64,000 bases of DNA from Candidatus Parcubacteria bacterium (GTDB taxonomy: Bacteria; Patescibacteriota; Minisyncoccia; UBA6257; HR35), in assembly GCA_026004495.1 (NCBI GenBank), contig BPJG01000001.1, positions 496,527 to 560,526 of the forward strand. The letters are read 5' to 3'. Below, in pieces: positions 1 through 10,096 of this stretch (its first letter is position 1; each line of letters starts with the position of its first letter). A program made the position numbers and the translations under genes. The notes under the pieces are model-generated. The model was not told the DNA's origin, did not search any database, and saw only the letters and a program-made list of their open reading frames with translations.

Positions 1-2
1 CA

Positions 3-134
3 GTTATGAAAAATTTATTTAAAATGGGAGTTCCTGGTTATATAAGTGAATTAAGTTCAGCAGAGAATTTAACTTATGAAGGCTCTCCTATTCAACTTTG
101 GTCTTTAACTAGTTTGTTTTATAATTTAAAATAA
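3..134 (+). CDS. 3' end of a gene, probably glycogen debranching enzyme / amylo-alpha-1,6-glucosidase (partial)
   Basis: Frame from position 3 reads VMKNLFKMGVPGYISELSSAENLTYEGSPIQLWSLTSLFYNLK-stop; the SE...G..IQLWS pattern resembles the GDE C-terminal QAWS motif. Not in the ORF track. Confidence 0.55.
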   Translation, partial: VMKNLFKMGVPGYISELSSAENLTYEGSPIQLWSLTSLFYNLK

Positions 135-147
135 TATCTTATATTAT

Positions 148-222
148 GGTGGACGTAGCTCAATTGGTTAGAGCGGAGGCCTGTGGAGCCTCAGGTTGCG
201 GGTTCGAGCCCCGTCGTCCACC
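148..222 (+). tRNA. tRNA-His (GTG)
   Basis: Acceptor stem GTGGACG/CGTCCAC with encoded G-1 opposite C73; anticodon arm GAGGC-CTGTGGA-GCCTC; T-loop GGTTCGAGCC; full CCA not encoded. Confidence 0.96.
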
Positions 223-223
223 A

Positions 224-994
224 TTATTTATTTTTTGTTTCTAGGAATATCTTGATGCCATTAGCAATCCCTTGAGCTATTTTATCTTGGTTATTAATTA
301 GTAAATTTAGGTCATTCTGATTATTAATATTACCCATTTCAATAATAACCGCAGGAGTTTTGGGATGAATAGTTCTTTTAAATCTAGACCAATTAAAGGC
401 ATAATAATGAGTCATATTAGTAGTTACTTTGTCGATAAATTGTAAACCTGTTGAACTTGAATATTCTTTAATTAATATAGATTTTAATTTTTTAGCTAAA
501 CCTGAATAATCTTTGAATGGAGTACTTACCATAAAACCACTAGTAAATTTATCAGCTTTATTAGAATGAAGAGATATAAAAACACTTGCATAATAATCTT
601 GGGGAATAATAGCAGGTAAAATTGTAATTTTTTCGTAACCATATTGCTGTAAAATTTCTTTAATTCTATAAGCTATATTTTTATTTATATCTACTTCTTT
701 TATTTCATTAACAATTGCTCCTACCTTAGATACCTTTCTTAATTCAAACGGTAATTGATTTTCTTCTATAAAATGACCTATCTGAATAGCTATTTCAGTA
801 TTTGTTGGTTCTATAAAGTTATCAAAATCTGGAAAACGAAAATATAGAGCTTTTTTTGAAAACTCAGGATAGGGTTGATAATAAATTTCTGAAAGAATAT
901 CAAAAAATTGATTTTCGTTAATAAATTGATAATTATTTAAGGTCAATAATAAGATAAAAATAGTAATTAAATCATCTAAATTTTTAACTAACAT
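224..994 (-). CDS. N-acetylmuramoyl-L-alanine amidase (Amidase_3 family)
   Basis: Zn-amidase motifs IQIGH, E(VDIN), FISLHSN, PAVIIEMGN; hydrophobic N-terminus. Confidence 0.8.
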   Translation of the reverse strand: MLVKNLDDLITIFILLLTLNNYQFINENQFFDILSEIYYQPYPEFSKKALYFRFPDFDNFIEPTNTEIAIQIGHFIEENQLPFELRKVSKVGAIVNEIKEVDINKNIAYRIKEILQQYGYEKITILPAIIPQDYYASVFISLHSNKADKFTSGFMVSTPFKDYSGLAKKLKSILIKEYSSSTGLQFIDKVTTNMTHYYAFNWSRFKRTIHPKTPAVIIEMGNINNQNDLNLLINNQDKIAQGIANGIKIFLETKNK

Positions 995-1055
995 TTTTTA
1001 TGAAATCATATTTATTTAATATAATATAATATAAATTAATAAAATAATAAATATT

Positions 1056-1499
1056 ATGATTTATTTAGCTTCTGACCATCGCGGTTTTAAACTTAAAGAA
1101 ATTATAAAAAATAAACTTATAAAAAATAAATTTAAATTTATAGATTTAGGTTATTATAATTATAATCCAAATGATGATTATCCCATAATAGCTTTTCAAT
1201 TGGCTAAAAATATTAAGGTAAGCAAAAAAAATAAAGGAATAATATTTTGTGGTTCGGGTATCGGAGTTTGTATAGCTGTTAATCGATTTAAGGGTATTAG
1301 AGCTGGCAGTTCTGATAATTATAAAATTATAAAAAAGGGTAGAGAAGATGATGATATAAATATACTTTGCTTACCTTCAGATTTTATTGATAATAAAAAA
1401 GCTTGGCTATTGATTAAGATATTTTTAAAAACTAAATTTAAAAATAAACAAAGATATATTAGAAGAATTAAACAATTAGATAATTATGATAAGTATTAA
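1056..1499 (+). CDS. rpiB: ribose-5-phosphate isomerase B
   Basis: ASDHRG, DDYP, CGSGIG, C-terminal RYIRRI. Confidence 0.93.
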   Translation: MIYLASDHRGFKLKEIIKNKLIKNKFKFIDLGYYNYNPNDDYPIIAFQLAKNIKVSKKNKGIIFCGSGIGVCIAVNRFKGIRAGSSDNYKIIKKGREDDDINILCLPSDFIDNKKAWLLIKIFLKTKFKNKQRYIRRIKQLDNYDKY

Positions 1500-1803
1500 T
1501 GATTTTTCTAAAATAGATTTAAGAGTGGCTAAAATTGAAAATGTCGAGCGAATTGACAATAGTAAATTTCTTAAGCTATATATCGATTTAGGTAGCGAAA
1601 AAAGAATTATAGTAGCTGGAATTGGAGAAAAATATCAACCAGAAGAATTATTAGGTCAATTAATTATAGTTGTTGTTAATTTAGAACCTAAAATAATTAA
1701 AGGAATTAAAAGCGAAGGCATGTTATTAGCGGTTGATGATGATAGAGGTCCGGTAATTATTGTTCCTTTAGAACAGGTTATAGTAGGTAGTAGGGTTAAA
1801 TAA
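1486..1803 (+). CDS. stand-alone tRNA-binding OB-fold protein (MetRS C-terminal / Trbp111-like)
   Basis: DFSKIDLRVAKI, IVAGI, NLEPK..G..SEGMLLA. Confidence 0.9.
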   Translation: MISINDFSKIDLRVAKIENVERIDNSKFLKLYIDLGSEKRIIVAGIGEKYQPEELLGQLIIVVVNLEPKIIKGIKSEGMLLAVDDDRGPVIIVPLEQVIVGSRVK

Positions 1804-1816
1804 TATTTTTATAAAT

Positions 1817-2911
1817 TTATAATATCAATTCAGCTATTGCTATTTCTAGGGGTAAAGTTATTAAAGGAGGATCTTTTTTGAGTAATATTTCTGATTCAGA
1901 AAAAACTTTAATTAATTTTTTAACATCTTCTAATTCTAATTTATTGGCTAAATCTAAAATTTCTTCAATTAATTCTTGATTATATTCTTTGAGTAATTGA
2001 TTTTTCCATAAAGGATATATTTTTAAAACCAATAAATCTCTTAAAATCTTAATTAATGATCGATTAAAAATAATAAGATCATAGCCATTATTATAAATAT
2101 TATGAATTTCTTTGATAGATTCTTCGAATTTTTTATTTATTATTAGTTTTAAAAAATTTAATATTTTATTAGAACTTACTTTGCCCAAAAATTGTTCAAT
2201 ATGCTCTTCATTTATTATTTTTATGGGATTTAAGCTAAGTATTATTCTTTCAAATAAAGTTTCGGCATCTCTTAAGGCACCTTCTGATTCTTCGGCAATT
2301 AAATAAAGAGCACCTTCTGTAATTTGAACATTTTCCTTTTCAGCTATTTTTTTTAATTTTTTAGTAATATCTATCAGAGAAATTCTTTTAAAATCAAATC
2401 TTTGGAGCCTAGATAGAACTGTAGTCGGAATCTTTTCCGGTTCAGTTGTAGCTAATATAAATATCGTATGCTTAGGTGGTTCTTCTAATATTTTCAAAAG
2501 TGCATTAAACGCTTCCTTAGTTAACATATGGGCTTCATCAATTATAAAAATTTTATATTTTCCTTGAATTGGCCTGAAACCAATATTTTCTTTTAAATTT
2601 CTTATTTCATCGATACCCCTATTAGAAGCAGCATCTAATTCTATGATGTCTAAAAATTTATTTTCGTTTATAGCTTGACAATTTTGACAATTATTACAAG
2701 GTTCATAATTATTTTCTTCTAAGGCTAAACAATTTAAAGCCTTAGCAAATATTCTAGCAGTTGATGTTTTACCAGTTCCTCTTTGGCCAGTAAAAATATA
2801 TCCTTGAGGTAAAAAATTTATATTTTTAAGAAAGCTTTTTAGAATTTTAATTATTAAATCTTGTCCATAAATTTCATTAAAATTTTTGGGACGATATTTT
2901 CTATAAATCAT
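1817..2911 (-). CDS. dnaX: DNA polymerase III subunit gamma/tau
   Basis: YRKYRP, GQRGTGKT, Zn-binding Cys cluster, DAAS, IDEAHML, LSR. Confidence 0.96.
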   Translation of the reverse strand: MIYRKYRPKNFNEIYGQDLIIKILKSFLKNINFLPQGYIFTGQRGTGKTSTARIFAKALNCLALEENNYEPCNNCQNCQAINENKFLDIIELDAASNRGIDEIRNLKENIGFRPIQGKYKIFIIDEAHMLTKEAFNALLKILEEPPKHTIFILATTEPEKIPTTVLSRLQRFDFKRISLIDITKKLKKIAEKENVQITEGALYLIAEESEGALRDAETLFERIILSLNPIKIINEEHIEQFLGKVSSNKILNFLKLIINKKFEESIKEIHNIYNNGYDLIIFNRSLIKILRDLLVLKIYPLWKNQLLKEYNQELIEEILDLANKLELEDVKKLIKVFSESEILLKKDPPLITLPLEIAIAELIL

Positions 2912-2923
2912 TATTAAAATTAA

Positions 2924-4057
2924 TTAGACTGAATCTTTTATTTTTAAAATAATGTTATTATTTTTTAATCTTTCTAAAGCTTTAATTTCTAACTGTCGTA
3001 CTCTTTCACGAGTAATACCAAATATTTTACCCACCTCTTCTAAGGTATACATTGAACCATCTTTTAAACCATATCTTAACATAATAATTTCTTTTTCTCG
3101 TGGAGGTAGTGTTTCAATAGCTTGCATTAATTTACTTTTTAATATTTCTAAAGAAGCTTCTTTTTGAGGAGTAGTATATTTATCATCTTTTAATAAATTA
3201 CCTAATTCTGTATCTTTATCTTCTCCTATAGGTTTTTCTAAAGAAGTAACATCGTGTGTTAATTTTAAAAGTCGATGTATTTTCTTTTCAGGTATATTAG
3301 CCTCTCTAGCTAATTCTTCCGGAGTAGGTTCTCTTCCTAATTCTTCTACTAATCTTTTTTTTATCTTATTTAATCTATATAGTTGTTCAATAATATGAAC
3401 TGGCAATCTTACAGTTCGAGCATAATCAGCCATTGCTCTTGTTATTGCTTGACGAATCCACCAAGTAGCATAAGTAGAAAGTTTAAATCCCTTTTTGGGG
3501 TTAAATCTATCAATTGCTTTAGCTAAACCCAAGTTTCCTTCTTGAATTAAGTCTAAAAAAGATAATTTTTTGCTTCTACCGTAGTACTTTTTGGCTATAC
3601 TAAAGACTAATCTTAAATTAGTTTTAATTAATCTTTCTCTAGCTTCTAAATCTCCTTTAGCAGCTTTTTTGGTTAATTCTTTTTCCTCTTCAACTGAAAG
3701 TAATGGAATTTTATTTATTTCCATTAAATATTGTTGAATATGAGTAGGTAAATCTTCTGAACCTGTAATATCTAAATTTTTAATCAATTCATCGGTTTCT
3801 GCTGATTCATTTAAATCCCATAATTCTCCACTATTTTGAATTTCAATACCAGCAGTTTCTAATTTTTCAGCTATATCTTCTAATAAATCTATATTATTTT
3901 CTATATTAGGGAAATAATATAAAATTTCTTTTTCAGTAACAAAACCTCTCTTTTTTCCTTTATTTATTAATTCTTTAATTTTTTCCTCTGTTAATAATTC
4001 CTTTTCTTTTATTTTTCTTTTTTTTATTTTTTTCTGTTTTTTCTTTTTGGAAATCAT
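2924..4057 (-). CDS. rpoD: RNA polymerase primary sigma factor (sigma70)
   Basis: [26 protein letters not shown], region 4 [18 protein letters not shown]; Lys-rich N-terminus. Confidence 0.95.
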   Translation of the reverse strand: MISKKKKQKKIKKRKIKEKELLTEEKIKELINKGKKRGFVTEKEILYYFPNIENNIDLLEDIAEKLETAGIEIQNSGELWDLNESAETDELIKNLDITGSEDLPTHIQQYLMEINKIPLLSVEEEKELTKKAAKGDLEARERLIKTNLRLVFSIAKKYYGRSKKLSFLDLIQEGNLGLAKAIDRFNPKKGFKLSTYATWWIRQAITRAMADYARTVRLPVHIIEQLYRLNKIKKRLVEELGREPTPEELAREANIPEKKIHRLLKLTHDVTSLEKPIGEDKDTELGNLLKDDKYTTPQKEASLEILKSKLMQAIETLPPREKEIIMLRYGLKDGSMYTLEEVGKIFGITRERVRQLEIKALERLKNNNIILKIKDSV

Positions 4058-4060
4058 TAT

Positions 4061-5719
4061 TTATTGATTTTTTTCAAGTTCTCTTAATTTATCAGTTAAT
4101 AATTTTACTTCAGATAAAATATTTTCCGCATTACTTCCTTTAATAAGATTTCTATACTCTTTTATTTTTTTTCTATAAAATTCTTTTTTTATTTCTTTTT
4201 CTAAGAAATATAATTCTTTTTCAAAATCAATATTTAATTCTTTTTCATAATTAATCCTTAAATTTATTATTTCTTTGTAATATTCGTCATTTAAAAATTT
4301 ATCCTTTAAATAGTTATATTCATTTAAGCACTCTTCAATAGTTTTTATTTTTTCTTGAATATTCAAAATTGATACAAAAGTTAAATATCTTTCAATTAAA
4401 TTTTCTAATCTTTCATTATAATTGTCAATAGGAATTGATATATAGCTATTTTCTTGATAAAAATTATTATAAACTATTTTATCAAGCTCATTTAGTTCTT
4501 TAAGAAGAAATTCCTCTTTTAATTCTAAAATTTTAGATATTTGAGAAATATAATAACCTTGTTTTATATTATCTAATTGTTTAATTAGAGGTAAAACTAA
4601 ATCTAAAGTTTGCCTTTTGCCTTCTAGGTTAGTAATATTATAATTATCTAAACAATAATTTATAATATAATCGATAAAGGGAATTTTTTTTATTTGATTA
4701 AGATTGTAATTAGAGTTAAAAAAGTCTGCTAAATCTTTAGCTTGCTCAAAATTTAATTTCCATACTTCTAATTTATTTCCCATTAACATTAAGGCGCTTT
4801 TCCAAGAACTTTTAAATCCAGCTTCATCATTATCAAAAGCTAAAATAAAATTTTTAGCATATGTTTTTAAAATATTTACCTGATCTTGAGTAAAAGCTGA
4901 GCCTGAAACAGCAACTATATTTTGCAAACCATTTTGGTAAGCTAACAAGAAATCAAACTGTCCCTCGACTATAATTATTTCTTTAATTTTTTCAATTTCT
5001 GATAAAGAATAGACTAATCCATATAAAAATTTTGATTTTTTAAAAATTTTATTTTCAGCAGTATTTAAATATTTAGGACCATATTTAACTTCTGGATATA
5101 ATCTTCCCGTAAAGCCAACCAATCTTTTTTTATGATCAATTAAGGGAAAGATTATTCTTCCTTGAAATTTATCTTCATTTTTTTCATTTAAAAGTCCAGC
5201 TTCTTTTATAAGATCCAAATTGTAGCCTAAATTAAATAGATAATCTCTTAAATATGAACCTCTTTCGGCATAACCTAAATCAAATTTTTCTATAGTTTCT
5301 TTTGTTAATCCTCGTTGAGTTAAATAATTGATAACACTAGGATTGTTAATAAGATTTTTCTTAAAAAAATTTAAAGCAATTCTATTTATTTCTAATAATT
5401 TTTTATTTTGAGATAAATTATCACTATTTTCTAAATATTTTAAATCAATATTTAATTTTTGAGCTAAATTATTAATTGCTTCTTTAAAGCTTAAATTTTC
5501 TGTTCTCATATAGAAAGTAACGACATCTCCAGCAATATTACAACCGAAACATTTGAATATTTGTTTTTGGGGAGAAACGAAAAATGAAGGATTTTTCTCT
5601 TGATGAAAGGGACAAAGTCCTTTATAATAATTACCTGCCTTTTTTAATTCAACATAATTGCTAATAAATTCGACTATATCAAGTTTTTCTTTAATTTCTT
5701 GTAAAATTTGTTGATTCAT
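4061..5719 (-). CDS. dnaG: DNA primase
   Basis: CPFH...CFGC Zn ribbon, PKYLNT, VEGQFD, FDNDEAG TOPRIM. Confidence 0.96.
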   Translation of the reverse strand: MNQQILQEIKEKLDIVEFISNYVELKKAGNYYKGLCPFHQEKNPSFFVSPQKQIFKCFGCNIAGDVVTFYMRTENLSFKEAINNLAQKLNIDLKYLENSDNLSQNKKLLEINRIALNFFKKNLINNPSVINYLTQRGLTKETIEKFDLGYAERGSYLRDYLFNLGYNLDLIKEAGLLNEKNEDKFQGRIIFPLIDHKKRLVGFTGRLYPEVKYGPKYLNTAENKIFKKSKFLYGLVYSLSEIEKIKEIIIVEGQFDFLLAYQNGLQNIVAVSGSAFTQDQVNILKTYAKNFILAFDNDEAGFKSSWKSALMLMGNKLEVWKLNFEQAKDLADFFNSNYNLNQIKKIPFIDYIINYCLDNYNITNLEGKRQTLDLVLPLIKQLDNIKQGYYISQISKILELKEEFLLKELNELDKIVYNNFYQENSYISIPIDNYNERLENLIERYLTFVSILNIQEKIKTIEECLNEYNYLKDKFLNDEYYKEIINLRINYEKELNIDFEKELYFLEKEIKKEFYRKKIKEYRNLIKGSNAENILSEVKLLTDKLRELEKNQ

Positions 5720-5802
5720 AATTATTGAATATATATTTAGTTAACTTATTTATAACTTCATAAAAAATTATTCTTTTAAATGATTAATTTTACAAAATTT
5801 TA

Positions 5803-5811
5803 TGTTAAAAT
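5803..5811 (+). promoter_or_regulatory. extended -10 element (TGtTAAAAT) 6 nt upstream of the rplM ATG, leaderless-type
   Basis: TG-T-TAAAAT-ttaata-ATG; no Shine-Dalgarno. Confidence 0.45.
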
Positions 5812-5817
5812 TTAATA

Positions 5818-6189
5818 ATGGTAAAAAAACAAAAAAAAATAATAGAAAAAGAAATAATAGAATTAGATGTAGCCAATTTATCTTTGGGAAGATTAGCTGT
5901 TTTAATCTCATATTATTTACAAGGGAAACACAGAGTTGACTATAAGCCTTATATAGATTTTCCGGTATTTGTGAATTTAAAAAATTGGGATAAAATAAAA
6001 TTTACCGGTAATAAATTGGATAGTAAATATATATATAAACATACAGGTTATTGGGGTCATTTGAAAAAATATTCATTTAAAGAATTATGGGATAAAAAAC
6101 CTTTGTTTATTATAAGAAAAGCAATTAGCGGAATGTTGCCTAAAAATAAATTAAGAAAAAAAAGATTATTAAGGATTAATTTAGTTTAA
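5818..6189 (+). CDS. rplM: 50S ribosomal protein L13
   Basis: LGRLA, LQGKH, HTGYWG, GMLPKN. Confidence 0.95.
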   Translation: MVKKQKKIIEKEIIELDVANLSLGRLAVLISYYLQGKHRVDYKPYIDFPVFVNLKNWDKIKFTGNKLDSKYIYKHTGYWGHLKKYSFKELWDKKPLFIIRKAISGMLPKNKLRKKRLLRINLV

Positions 6190-6198
6190 AAAATAACA

Positions 6199-6747
6199 AT
6201 GGAAAAAAATTTTTCATCTTTAGAATTAGAAGAAGAAATAAAAGAAATTAAAAATATAAATCAAGAAGAGGAAGAAAACATTCAAAAGGATGATATTGAT
6301 ATTTCTGAAGATATTGTTGATATTCCTTCTATTGGTAAAAATAAATATACTGAAGCAATTGGCAGGAGAAAAAGAGCTATTGCAAGAGTTAGAATTTTTG
6401 ATAATTTAGATAGAAAGGACAAAACAGAAATAATAATAAACATTAATAATAAAAATTATGAAGATTATTTTCAGTCTGTAAATTTAAAAAAAATAGCTGA
6501 TGCTCCGCTTAGAAAATTAAAAATTTTTGGTTTTTACAAAATTATTGTTAAGGTCAAGGGTGGAGGCCTAAGAGGCCAAGCAGATGCGATAAAGTTAGGT
6601 ATAGCTAGAGGTTTGGTTAAAATAAATCCAGAATGGAGATTAAAACTTAAAAAAAGTGGTCTTCTAACTCGTGATCCACGAAAAAAAGAAAGAAAAAAAT
6701 ATGGTTTGAAAAAGGCAAGAAAAGCTCCTCAATGGCATAAGCGTTAG
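6199..6747 (+). CDS. rpsI: 30S ribosomal protein S9 with acidic N-terminal extension
   Basis: GRRKRAIARVR, GGGLRGQA, RDPRKKERKKYG, C-terminal QWHKR. Confidence 0.96.
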   Translation: MEKNFSSLELEEEIKEIKNINQEEEENIQKDDIDISEDIVDIPSIGKNKYTEAIGRRKRAIARVRIFDNLDRKDKTEIIININNKNYEDYFQSVNLKKIADAPLRKLKIFGFYKIIVKVKGGGLRGQADAIKLGIARGLVKINPEWRLKLKKSGLLTRDPRKKERKKYGLKKARKAPQWHKR

Positions 6748-6751
6748 TTAA

Positions 6752-7801
6752 ATGAAAATAGATACTCAATTATTTTTCTTAATATTAATATTAAGCTTAG
6801 TAGGTTTATATTTTTTTTACGGTGTTTCTTTACCTTATTCAACTAAAATTTTTAATAATCCACTCTATTATTTTAAGAAATTTTTAATATTTAATTTTTT
6901 TCTCCCCTTATTAATGTTTTTTATAGGCTATTTTATGAATTGGCTATTCTTGATGAGGATCGCTAAAATTATTTTTATTGTAAATATTATTTTCCTTATT
7001 CTACCTTTTTTTGATTTTTTTAAACTTCCCAATCAATCTACAGCTAGATGGTTTTATTTAAAAGGAATTTCTTTCCAGCCTTCAGAGTTTATGAAATTAT
7101 CATTACTTTTATTTTTAACCTCAACCTTGCCTTTAATCAAAAAAAATTTAAGTTATTTTTATATTTCTTTAATAATTATTTTTCTTACTTCTTTAATAAT
7201 ATTTATTCAACCAGCTTTAAGTACTCTTCTAATTATTTTAACTAGTACTATGGGTGCTTTAATTACAATTAATTTTAAACTTAAAAATTTTTTTATTTTT
7301 TCAATAATCTTGTTATTTTTTATACTTGCTGGTTTTTTATGGAATTATCGCTTAGAAAGAGTAACTGGAATTTTTATAAGCAATGATAAAGGATTATCTT
7401 TTCAGTTAAATCAAAGTAGATTAGCTATTGGTTCAGGGGGATTGTTAGGCAAGGGTTTAGGTAATTCAGATTTAAAATTAATAGGCTTGCCTTTGATGAT
7501 TAGCGATAACATTTTTTCTGTTTACGCTGAAGAAACTGGTTTCATAGGTTCAATTATTCTTATTATTTTATTTGTTTATTTAATTTTTAGAATAATTTAT
7601 TTAGGATATTATAATAACAATGAGCTTAAGAAGTTTTTTTCTTATGGAGTAGCTTGTTGGTTATCTATCCAAGTTTTTGTTCATTTGATGGCTAATTTAA
7701 CTATTTCCACCGGAGTTCCATTGCCATTTTTTAGCTATGGTCCTTCAAGTCAAATAGCAATTATGACAGCCTTAGGAATTATTAGTGGATTTAAAAAATA
7801 A
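6752..7801 (+). CDS. ftsW: SEDS family peptidoglycan polymerase FtsW
   Basis: ARW, FQPSEFMK, GGLLGKGLG, EETG, TGVPLPFFSYG; directly upstream of murG. Confidence 0.88.
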   Translation: MKIDTQLFFLILILSLVGLYFFYGVSLPYSTKIFNNPLYYFKKFLIFNFFLPLLMFFIGYFMNWLFLMRIAKIIFIVNIIFLILPFFDFFKLPNQSTARWFYLKGISFQPSEFMKLSLLLFLTSTLPLIKKNLSYFYISLIIIFLTSLIIFIQPALSTLLIILTSTMGALITINFKLKNFFIFSIILLFFILAGFLWNYRLERVTGIFISNDKGLSFQLNQSRLAIGSGGLLGKGLGNSDLKLIGLPLMISDNIFSVYAEETGFIGSIILIILFVYLIFRIIYLGYYNNNELKKFFSYGVACWLSIQVFVHLMANLTISTGVPLPFFSYGPSSQIAIMTALGIISGFKK

Positions 7802-7803
7802 AA

Positions 7804-8943
7804 ATGGAAGAAATTAGAATTTGTTTAACTGGTGGATCAACAGGAGGTCATTTTTTCCCTTTGCTTTTTGTATCTAAAAAATTTAAACAAGAAATGATTA
7901 AAAGAAATTGGAATTATAGGATTTTTTACGTTGGAGCTCCGCCATTTGATGAAGAATTAATGAAAAAAGAAGGTATTGAAATATTTAAAATTCCATCGGG
8001 GAAGTTAAGAAAATATTTTGATATCAGAAATTTTATTGATATTTTAAAATTTCCTTTAGGATTTTTAATAGCTTTTTTTAGGCTTTATATTATAATGCCT
8101 GAAATAATATTTTCTAAGGGAGGTTTTGGTAGTTTAGAAGTTGTTTTGGCGGGTTGGTTATTGAGAATTCCTATTATAATTCATGAATCGGATTCTATTC
8201 CTGGAAGAAGTAATATTTTAGCTGGTAAATTAGCTACCTTAGTAGGTCTTAATTTTGAAGAAGCAAAGAATTTTTTTAATCCTAAAAAAACTGCTATAAT
8301 TGGTCAACCTTTAAATTCAGACTTTATCAATATTAAGCCAAAATTGGAAGATTATGAAAGGTTTAATTTAAATCCAGGTGAAAAAATAATATTAGTTTTA
8401 GGTGGATCTCAAGGATCGCAAAAAATTAATGAAACTATTATTTTTGGTTTAAATAAAATTTTAACTGTAACTCAAGTTGTTCATCAATTAGGTAAAAATA
8501 TGTTTGATGAATATTATCAAGTAGCTGATGGTTTCATTTTAGAAAATGTTCCAATGAGAAAAAGTTTATATCATCCCGTACCCTTCTTAAAAAATGATGA
8601 TTTAATTAAATTAATGAAAATGTCTAATTTAGTTATTGCTAGAGCTGGAGCGGGAACTATTTTTGAATTAGCTGCTTGTGGTGTACCTGCTATTTTAATT
8701 CCTTTAAGAAAAGATGTAGGTGGAGAACATCAAATAAAGAATGCCTATAGTTATGCCTATGCGGGAGCTGCGATAGTTATTGAAGAACAAAATTTATTCC
8801 CCGATTTATTGGCAACAATAATTATAAATACCTTAAAAGACGAAAAATTGTTAAAAGAAATGAGTGAAAATGCTAAAAATTTTGCTAAAATTGAAGCAAC
8901 GGATAAAATAGTTAAACAAATGATAATTTTTTTAAATAAATAA
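7804..8943 (+). CDS. murG: lipid II N-acetylglucosamine transferase MurG
   Basis: GGSTGGH, KGGFGS, HESD, GGSQGS, RAGAGT, HQIKNA. Confidence 0.95.
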   Translation: MEEIRICLTGGSTGGHFFPLLFVSKKFKQEMIKRNWNYRIFYVGAPPFDEELMKKEGIEIFKIPSGKLRKYFDIRNFIDILKFPLGFLIAFFRLYIIMPEIIFSKGGFGSLEVVLAGWLLRIPIIIHESDSIPGRSNILAGKLATLVGLNFEEAKNFFNPKKTAIIGQPLNSDFINIKPKLEDYERFNLNPGEKIILVLGGSQGSQKINETIIFGLNKILTVTQVVHQLGKNMFDEYYQVADGFILENVPMRKSLYHPVPFLKNDDLIKLMKMSNLVIARAGAGTIFELAACGVPAILIPLRKDVGGEHQIKNAYSYAYAGAAIVIEEQNLFPDLLATIIINTLKDEKLLKEMSENAKNFAKIEATDKIVKQMIIFLNK

Positions 8944-8944
8944 A

Positions 8945-9253
8945 ATGAAAAACAAGTTAGATTTATATTTCGATTTAATAATTATCTTAATTATTTGGTT
9001 AAGTTGGTTATTTGTGATTGATTTAATCCAGGTTAATCAAGTTATTTTTTATTATAAATATTATCCTGAAAAAATAATTTTATCAACTAAAGATATATTA
9101 TATATTTTCCCTATTGCTTTAACTATTTTTATAGTTTATAATTTTATTTTAAGGTTTTTTATTCTAAAAAATAAGATTTTGGATATAGTAAATTTTTTAA
9201 TAATTATATTTAATTTTTTAATTTTAATTAAATTAATTTATTTAAATTTTTAA
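8945..9253 (+). CDS. small hypothetical membrane protein
   Basis: Three hydrophobic segments; packed between murG and rplU. Confidence 0.6.
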   Translation: MKNKLDLYFDLIIILIIWLSWLFVIDLIQVNQVIFYYKYYPEKIILSTKDILYIFPIALTIFIVYNFILRFFILKNKILDIVNFLIIIFNFLILIKLIYLNF

Positions 9254-9264
9254 TAAATCAAATT

Positions 9265-9567
9265 ATGATAGCAATAATTGAAACAGGAGGCAAGCAATAT
9301 TTAATTAAAGAAGGTAGTATTATAACTACTAATAAAATTGAGGGTGAAGAAATAATTTTTGATAAAGTTTTGCTTTTTTATGATGATAAAAAGCTTTTAA
9401 TAGGCAAACCCTATCTTAATAGTATTTATGTTAAGGGTAGAATACTTAAGCAGATTAAAAACAAAATTCATGTTATAAAATTTAAACCTAAAACTCGTTA
9501 TAAGAAAAAAATAGGATATAAAAATTATTTTTCTCAAATTAGAATAGAAGAAATTAACTTTTCTTAA
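9265..9567 (+). CDS. rplU: 50S ribosomal protein L21
   Basis: AIIETGGKQY, IGKPY, KFKPKTRYKKKIG. Confidence 0.95.
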   Translation: MIAIIETGGKQYLIKEGSIITTNKIEGEEIIFDKVLLFYDDKKLLIGKPYLNSIYVKGRILKQIKNKIHVIKFKPKTRYKKKIGYKNYFSQIRIEEINFS

Positions 9568-10096
9568 AATATCTTTTAACAATATAATCAGGTAGAATTC
9601 CTAATTTAAAATATTTTATTTTAATTTTTGGGGGCAAAAATCTAAATTCTCTTATTTTTTTTCGACAAATTTTTGAACCACAATTACATTTTATTGACCA
9701 AGAATCTTTATACATTGTTGTTGAATAATCATAAGTTATTTCCTCTCCCTGTTTTATATTTTTTAAAGCTATTAAAATAACCTTGTTGCCATTGATATAA
9801 ACATAAGAATTTGGATCGCAAGAATGATTTATAAAATCATCATATATTTTTTTATTTTTACCCGTACCAACAATAAATATATCTTCATCAATTTGAATAG
9901 AGTAATCATCAATTATTTTTTTTATTTTTTTGCTTTTTATTTTATTAAAATGATCTCGTGAAATTATTTTACCTATAAATTCTAAAATAATATCATTTTT
10001 TTTAAAATCTTTCTTTGCAAATAAACCCAAGCCATTATTACTCTTTTTTACTTCAAGATTTTTGTAAAATTCTTTATTAAAATTTATTATTTTCAT
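9554..10096 (-). CDS. SET-domain protein lysine methyltransferase with post-SET Zn motif
   Basis: GLGLFA, FINHSCDPN, GEEITYDY, CNCGSKICR. Confidence 0.92.
   Translation of the reverse strand: MKIINFNKEFYKNLEVKKSNNGLGLFAKKDFKKNDIILEFIGKIISRDHFNKIKSKKIKKIIDDYSIQIDEDIFIVGTGKNKKIYDDFINHSCDPNSYVYINGNKVILIALKNIKQGEEITYDYSTTMYKDSWSIKCNCGSKICRKKIREFRFLPPKIKIKYFKLGILPDYIVKRYFKKS

Noticed and set aside
2112-3167. Short + strand ORFs 2112..2306 and 2952..3167; likewise 7048, 9397, 10540, 15124, 15790, 27403, 32276, 34769, 46390, 52756, 59008, 61064 and 62681
   Set aside because: Antisense or alternate-frame shadows inside well-supported genes; composition reflects AT-rich codon bias and no motifs are present.
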